From NCBI GenBank assembly GCA_017521825.1, contig JAFXBK010000084.1, forward strand, positions 30,105 through 94,104: DNA of 64,000 bases. Reading direction: 5' to 3'. Of this stretch, positions 58,316-64,000 are shown in pieces (the stretch's first letter is position 1; every line of letters starts with the position of its first letter). The notes below the pieces were generated by a model. That model saw nothing but the letters and a program-made list of their open reading frames with translations. It ran no database searches and was not told where the DNA came from. The translations under genes were made by a program, and so were the position numbers. Source of the DNA: Oscillospiraceae bacterium (GTDB taxonomy: Bacteria > Bacillota > Clostridia > Oscillospirales > Ruminococcaceae).

Positions 58316-59425
58316 ATGAAAAAAATTATTGCACTTCTTCTCGCTCTCGTTATGATGCTCTCTCTTGCAGCATGCGGCAACGAAGAAGAAAACACTGTAT
58401 CTGACGTTGCAGTAGCAATGGTAACTGACTACGGTGACATCACCGACCAGTCTTTCAACCAGACCACCTATGAAGCATGCAAAGAATTCTGCGAAGCAGA
58501 AGGCATCAACTTCGAGTACTTCAAACCCGCAACCGACTCTGACGATGACCGTATCGCTATGATCGAAAACGCAATCGACAGCGGTTACAACGTAGTTGTA
58601 CTTCCTGGTTTTGCATTTGCTAACGCAATCATTGCAACCGCAGACAACTATCCTGAAGTTAAATTCGTAGCTCTTGACGTTTCTGAATTCGACCTTACCG
58701 GCAACGGCTGGACCATTCCTGAAAACGTTTACTCTGCAGTTTACCAGGAAGAAATCTCCGGTTATTTCGCAGGCTATGCAGCAGTTAAACTTGGTTACAC
58801 CAAACTCGGTTACTGCGGCGGTATGGCTGTTCCTGCAGTTCTTCGTTTCGGATACGGCTTCCTTCAGGGCGCAGACGCAGCAGCAGTTGAAACCGGTGCT
58901 GACGTAAGCGTTGTATGGGGTTATGCAAACCAGTTCTACGGCGATGCTGACATCACTGCAGTTATGGATACCTGGTACGGTGAAGGCACCGAACTCGTAT
59001 TCGCATGCGGCGGCGGCGTTTACACTTCTGTTGCTGAAGCAGCAGCAAAAGTTGGCGGCAAAGTTATCGGTGTTGACGTTGACCAGTCCTTCAACATTGA
59101 CGCAACTTACGGCGAAGGTATGACCGTAACTTCCGCAATGAAAGGTCTTGCACCTACCGTTAAAACCGTTCTCGGCAGAATCCTTGACGGCGAATTCGTT
59201 GGCGGACAGGTTGAAAACCTTGGTCTTGTTTCCGAAAATTCCGAAGAAAACTATGTACAGCTTCCCGCTACCACCCAGTGGTCTGATAGCTTCACCGAAG
59301 ACGATTACAATGCTCTCGTAGCTGCAATCTACAACGGCGAAGTCGTTGTTAACAACGACATCACTATCAGCGCAGCAGACAACTGCACCGTTATTTCCAT
59401 TAACGATCTCGGTAACCTCAAATAA
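58316..59425 (+). CDS. BMP-family (PnrA/Med-like) nucleoside-binding lipoprotein
   Basis: Lipobox LAAC. Begins VAMVTDYGDITDQSFNQ. First gene of an ABC operon. Confidence 0.9.
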   Translation: MKKIIALLLALVMMLSLAACGNEEENTVSDVAVAMVTDYGDITDQSFNQTTYEACKEFCEAEGINFEYFKPATDSDDDRIAMIENAIDSGYNVVVLPGFAFANAIIATADNYPEVKFVALDVSEFDLTGNGWTIPENVYSAVYQEEISGYFAGYAAVKLGYTKLGYCGGMAVPAVLRFGYGFLQGADAAAVETGADVSVVWGYANQFYGDADITAVMDTWYGEGTELVFACGGGVYTSVAEAAAKVGGKVIGVDVDQSFNIDATYGEGMTVTSAMKGLAPTVKTVLGRILDGEFVGGQVENLGLVSENSEENYVQLPATTQWSDSFTEDDYNALVAAIYNGEVVVNNDITISAADNCTVISINDLGNLK

Positions 59426-59442
59426 TTTTTATCACAGTATTT

Positions 59443-59477
59443 AAAAAGGAACGGGCTTTTGTCCCGTTCTTTTTTTG
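59443..59477 (+). terminator. hairpin/partial terminator after the binding-protein gene
   Basis: Stem gaacggg/cccgttc plus an 8-nt T-run. Confidence 0.65.
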
Positions 59478-59568
59478 TACGCAAAATTATGTAAATTCTG
59501 CTTGTATTTGGTGCTTTTATGTAGTATTATTATTATAACTATAAGTCAAAATAGGAGGGACGGTAGAG

Positions 59569-61106
59569 TTGGAGAATCAATATGCAATAGAGATGCTTCA
59601 TATTACCAAAAAATTTCCCGGAATCATCGCCAATGATGATGTAACTATCCAGCTTAAAAAAGGCGAGATACATGCTCTTCTTGGCGAAAACGGTGCCGGT
59701 AAATCCACTCTGATGAGTGTTCTCTTCGGTCTTTATCAGGCAGAAGAGGGCATTATCAAAAAGGACGGTAAGGAAGTCCAGATCAAAAACCCCAATGATG
59801 CGAATGCACTCGGTATAGGAATGGTACATCAGCATTTTAAACTTGTTGAATGTTTTACTGTTCTCGATAACATCATAATGGGTGTTGAACCTAATAAGTT
59901 CGGTTTCCTTCAGAAAAAAGAAGCCAGAGAGAAAGTTGTTGCACTTTCTGAAAAATACGGTCTTCATATAGATCCGGATGCTTATATTGAGGATATTACC
60001 GTTGGTATGCAGCAGCGTACCGAAATCCTTAAAATGCTCTACCGTGAAAATGAGATCCTTATTTTCGACGAACCTACTGCGGTTCTTACTCCGCAGGAAA
60101 TCGAAGAGCTTATGCAGATTATGAAAAACCTTGCGGCGGAAGGAAAATCCATCCTTTTCATTTCTCATAAACTTAACGAAATCAAAGCTGTTGCGGATCG
60201 TTGCAGCGTTCTCAGAAAAGGTAAATATGTCGGTACCGTTGATACCAAGGACGCCACTATTGAAGAACTTTCCGCAATGATGGTCGGTCATAACGTAAAC
60301 CTTCACGTTCAGAAAGAAGAAAGCACCCCCGGCGACGTTGTTCTTGATATCGAAAACATGACCGTTGCATCCAAAATGCATAAAAACAATGCGGTAAAAA
60401 ATGTTTCCCTTAAAGTACATCGCGGCGAAGTTGTTTGCATCGCGGGTATCGACGGAAACGGACAGACCGAATTTGTTTATGGCCTTACCGGTCTTGAACC
60501 TCTCGTAAGCGGAAAAATCACCCTTTGCGGTGAAGATATTACCAAAGCTTCCATCCGTCAAAGACTTCTTTCCGGCATGAGCCATATTCCGGAGGACAGA
60601 CATAAACACGGCCTTGTTCTTGATTATCCGCTTGATTACAACTGTGTTCTTCAGCGTTATTTTGAACCGGAGTTTACCAATAAATTCGGATTCCTCAGAA
60701 AAGATAATATTAGAAAATACGCGGAAAAACTTATTGAACAGTATGACGTACGTTCCGGTCAGGGTTCTGTAACCATTGCAAGAAGTATGTCCGGCGGTAA
60801 CCAGCAGAAAGCAATCGTTGCACGCGAAATTGATAAGAACCCCGAACTTCTTATCGCTGTTCAGCCTACCCGCGGACTTGACGTTGGTGCAATCGAATAT
60901 ATCCATAAACAGATTGTTGCACAGCGCGACGCAGGAAAGGCGTACTTCTTGTTTCCCTTGAACTTGAAGAAGTTATGGACGTTTCCGACCGTATCCTCGT
61001 TATGTATGAAGGCGAAATCGTCGGTGAACTTAACCCCAAAACCGCAACTGAAGACGAGCTTGGTCTTTATATGGCCGGCGCAAAGAGAGATGAGGTGAAA
61101 GCATGA
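59569..61106 (+). pseudogene. two-domain ABC ATPase of the nucleoside importer, frameshifted near the 3' end
   Basis: Two NBDs (GENGAGKST / GIDGNGQTE). The frame breaks at about 60942-60943. The conserved end ([29 protein letters not shown]...) reads in the neighbouring frame and stops at 61104-61106, in an ATGA overlap with the next gene. Confidence 0.8.
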
Positions 61107-62248
61107 TGAAGAAAATTTTAAAAAACGAGGCATTCCAGTCTTTGTTCGCTTCTCTTCTTTGTATTATTCTCGGTGTAGCTGTAGGTTATGTAGTTCTTCT
61201 TTTCATTAATCCTACCGGAGCAGGAGAGGCGATTATGGAAGTTCTTAAGAACTTCATGCACTATTCCAAAACTAATCTTCAGCTTAAAAACCTCGGCGGA
61301 ACTCTTGTAAAAACAGCACCCCTTATTATGTGCTCTCTTTCCATTCTGTTCGCATACAAAGTCGGCCTTTTCAACATCGGTGCGGCGGGTCAGTATTGCG
61401 TAGGTATCTGTGCAAGCCTTTACTGTGCACTTTCGCTCGGAATGGGCTGGGTACCCTGCATGATTATTGCAACTGTTTGCGGCGCTCTCTACGGTGCAAT
61501 CGTTGGTCTTCTTAAATCCTATTGCAACGTAAACGAAGTAATTTCCGGTATTATGCTCAACTGGATTGCTCTTTACAGCACCAATATGATTCTTACCCCG
61601 GTAAAAGAAATCACCAGCCCTTACACCTTCCACCTTGCTTCCGATGCACCCAAGGCAATTCTTCCCACTATGGGACTTGATAAGCTCTTTGCAGGAAACG
61701 AAAAAGTTACCATTGCTCTTCCGCTTTCCATCCTTATCGCTGTTCTGGTTCTTATCGTTCTTGAAAAAACCAAATTCGGTTATGAACTTAAAGCGACCGG
61801 CTTTAATAAAAACGCTGCTAAATATTGCGGTATGGCAGAGAAAAGAAATATCATCGTAACTCTTATGATTTCCGGCGGAATTGCTGCTCTCGGCGCATCC
61901 TTCCTTTATCTTACAGACTTTGAGCAGTGGTCCTGCACTTCTTCCGCAGTTCCTGCAATGGGCTTTAACGGAATTGCAGCGGCATTCCTCGGCGGTCTTA
62001 ACCCCATCGGAACCATTTTCTCTTCCTATTTCATTCAGCACATTACCAACGGCGGTGCATTTGTTGATAAAACCATGTACTGCTCCCAGATTTCCGACCT
62101 TATTTCCGCAATCATCATTTACCTTTGCGGCTTCGTATTCTTCATCAAATATGCAATGAACTATCTTATTGATAAAAACGAAGAAAAACAGGCACTTAAA
62201 GCAAAAGCACTTGCGGAAGCAAATACTCAGGAAGGAGGCGACAAATAA
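61103..62248 (+). CDS. ABC transporter permease (BMP/nucleoside system)
   Basis: 381 aa, multi-TM. Colinear with the YufP/NupB class. Confidence 0.88.
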   Translation: MMKKILKNEAFQSLFASLLCIILGVAVGYVVLLFINPTGAGEAIMEVLKNFMHYSKTNLQLKNLGGTLVKTAPLIMCSLSILFAYKVGLFNIGAAGQYCVGICASLYCALSLGMGWVPCMIIATVCGALYGAIVGLLKSYCNVNEVISGIMLNWIALYSTNMILTPVKEITSPYTFHLASDAPKAILPTMGLDKLFAGNEKVTIALPLSILIAVLVLIVLEKTKFGYELKATGFNKNAAKYCGMAEKRNIIVTLMISGGIAALGASFLYLTDFEQWSCTSSAVPAMGFNGIAAAFLGGLNPIGTIFSSYFIQHITNGGAFVDKTMYCSQISDLISAIIIYLCGFVFFIKYAMNYLIDKNEEKQALKAKALAEANTQEGGDK

Positions 62249-63189
62249 TGTTATTACTTCTTCAGTACACACTTATTTTTGCCTCTGTTCTTATCCTTGT
62301 TGCTCTTGGCGGATGCTTTGCAGAACATTCCGGCGTTATCAACCTTGGTCTTGAAGGTATCATGGTAATCGGTGCTCTCGGCGGCGCGCTTATGATGAGA
62401 TATGCTCCCGATGGCTTTGGTGCTTTCGGAATCATCATCTGTGTTATTCTTGCGGCCATGCTTTTCGGCGTAGCGTATTCTTCGCTTCTTGGTGTGGCTT
62501 GTATCAACTTCAAAGCAAACCAGACCATCATTGGTACCGCAATGAATATGCTCGGTACTGCGGCGGCAACCGTTATCGTTAAAGCAATCAATACTGCAAC
62601 CAACCCCAACGACGTTTCCTCCACCATTCAGTATGTTGATGAGAAAAAAGCGTTCATCGTAAACATCGGAAGCTTTGAATTCAGCTGGTTCATGGCGGTC
62701 GCACTTATCGGTGTTGTTGTTGCATATATTGTTCTTTATAAAACCAAATTCGGTCTTCGCCTTATGGCTTGCGGTGAGCATCCTCAGGCAGCGGACAGCG
62801 TTGGTATCAACGTTTATAAAATGCGTTGGGCAGGCGTTCTTATTTCCGGCCTTTACGGCGGTCTCGGCGGTATCTGCTATATTCTTTCCGGCGTTTCCGA
62901 ATGGAAATTTGAAAACGGCGTAGCAGGTTTTGGCTTCCTTGCTCTTGCTGTTATGATATTCGGCCAGTGGAAACCTTCCAGAATCGCTATGGCGGCTCTT
63001 ATCTTTGGTTTCTTCCGTGCACTTTCCAACGTTTATTTCGGTTTCCCGCTTCTCGTTTCTCTTGAAATTCCGGGTTCCATTTATAACATGCTTCCTTATA
63101 TCATCTGCCTTATCGTTCTTGCATTCACTTCCAAAAAATCCAGAGCACCTAAAGCAGAGGGTATTCCTTACGACAAAGGACAGAGATGA
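62248..63189 (+). CDS. ABC transporter permease (BMP/nucleoside system)
   Basis: 313 aa, multi-TM. 1-nt overlap with the preceding gene. Confidence 0.88.
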   Translation: MLLLLQYTLIFASVLILVALGGCFAEHSGVINLGLEGIMVIGALGGALMMRYAPDGFGAFGIIICVILAAMLFGVAYSSLLGVACINFKANQTIIGTAMNMLGTAAATVIVKAINTATNPNDVSSTIQYVDEKKAFIVNIGSFEFSWFMAVALIGVVVAYIVLYKTKFGLRLMACGEHPQAADSVGINVYKMRWAGVLISGLYGGLGGICYILSGVSEWKFENGVAGFGFLALAVMIFGQWKPSRIAMAALIFGFFRALSNVYFGFPLLVSLEIPGSIYNMLPYIICLIVLAFTSKKSRAPKAEGIPYDKGQR

Positions 63190-63201
63190 TTTAAAATTAA
63201 T

Positions 63202-63243
63202 AAAAACAGCCGTAAAGCTCGAAAACTTTACGACTGTTTTTTC
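63202..63243. terminator. bidirectional intrinsic terminator
   Basis: Stem acagccgtaaag/ctttacgactgt (1 mismatch) flanked by A- and T-runs. Confidence 0.7.
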
Positions 63244-63245
63244 TT

Positions 63246-63788
63246 TTAATTAAAATGCTTTTTGATTTTTATAAAGAGAAGATAGATTAAATATCCCGTT
63301 AAATAACCGCTGAAATTAAGAATAAGGTCATCAATATCGCTCGTTCTTTCGAAAAAGGGAAGCTGGAGGATTTCTATAATCATGGAAAAACCAAAACCCG
63401 CCAAAAGAACTTTTAAATGGCTGTTCAGTTCTTTAAAAACTGACGGCCAGACGATTCCCATTGGAATAAAAAGAGCGTAATTTCCGATAAGATTCAAAAG
63501 CGCGGATTTCAGTTCCGGATAATCGAAAAGATAAACGAAAGGAATAAGGTTTATTTTCGGCGGAAAGATTTGGTTTATGTCGAAAAGAAGCGGCTGAACT
63601 TTTCCTTCGATTTTCCCGAAAGGGAAGAAGGTCACCCTTGCCGCAACCATAATGCAAACATAAACCAGAAGCAAAAGAAGCTCGCGTTTCAGGTCTGCCT
63701 TTCCTGTTTTTAAATATATAATTAATCTTACCAGAACCCAAAGCGCCGTTAAGAAAATCGTTGTTTCAATAAACGGAATTTTAATCAT
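63246..63788 (-). CDS. VanZ family membrane protein
   Basis: 180 aa, 4-5 TM. Motifs NLIPF and NLIGNYALFIPMG. Confidence 0.8.
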   Translation of the reverse strand: MIKIPFIETTIFLTALWVLVRLIIYLKTGKADLKRELLLLLVYVCIMVAARVTFFPFGKIEGKVQPLLFDINQIFPPKINLIPFVYLFDYPELKSALLNLIGNYALFIPMGIVWPSVFKELNSHLKVLLAGFGFSMIIEILQLPFFERTSDIDDLILNFSGYLTGYLIYLLFIKIKKHFN

Positions 63789-63864
63789 TTTTTACCTTCC
63801 AGAAGTTTTATTTTGACAAAATTATATAGTAAAAACGTTTTTTTGTCAAAAATGCTTTTTGCTT

Positions 63865-64000
63865 TTATTTTTTGGGAATAAAAGCAGGGTTAAATGCGTA
63901 ATAATTTTTGCTGTTAAGACCTTCGAGAACCCGTTCAAGGCTTTCGCCGAAACGCTGGTAATGAACGATTTCCCGTTCACGAAGGAATTTTATAACGTCG
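63865..64000 (-). CDS. manganese catalase / CotJC family protein, C-terminal fragment (5' end outside window)
   Basis: The minus frame reads ...REIVHYQRFGESLERVLEGL...FIPKK-stop. The VHYQRFGE box is typical of Mn-catalase/CotJC. Confidence 0.7.
   Translation of the reverse strand, partial: DVIKFLREREIVHYQRFGESLERVLEGLNSKNYYAFNPAFIPKK

Noticed and set aside
56207-63189. tdk-deoD-udk plus the BMP ABC importer, considered as an unusual nucleoside salvage supercluster.
   Set aside because: It is a functionally coherent but expected grouping of well-known salvage genes. The only anomaly is the ATPase frameshift, which is reported separately.

Overview
This 64-kb window is a densely packed, mid/low-GC chromosome segment from a spore-forming Clostridia-type Firmicute, judged from spoIIR, a cotJC/Mn-catalase fragment, CIRCE-groESL and Gram-positive lipoboxes. 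I count about 66 protein genes and 2 tRNAs, and almost all are core housekeeping. They include cdd, serC-serA-DUF1015, pfkA, miaB, deoC, a RelQ-type alarmone synthetase, the membrane pyrophosphatase hppA and spoIIR. They also include a PHP-alaR-alaT-ispE operon, a heterodimeric ABC exporter, several peptidases (VanY-like, M32, PepT), msrA, metG-tatD-trmB and groESL. Two ABC importers are present: a PotABCD-like importer followed by two glycerophosphodiesterase genes, and a nucleoside-salvage block (tdk-deoD-udk plus a BMP-family importer). I found no transposase, integrase, phage genes, CRISPR array or rRNA, and no convincing novel multi-gene system, so this reads as an ordinary core region. 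The items most worth a second look are listed here. (1) IspE is fused in-frame to a YbaK/ProX-like tRNA-editing domain. (2) An EndoA/MazF toxin gene has no antitoxin gene upstream. (3) Three independent gene lesions are present: a start-less B12/radical-SAM gene, a frameshifted second GDPD gene and a frameshifted nucleoside ABC ATPase. They are either assembly errors or gene decay. (4) An 18-cysteine protein of unknown function sits behind a sigma-K-like promoter. (5) The 9-mer GTGCTCAAA/TTTGAGCAC is strongly over-represented and often occurs as inverted pairs. The many long ORFs antisense to real genes are codon-usage shadows, not genes. All product calls come from reading motifs by eye, with no database search.
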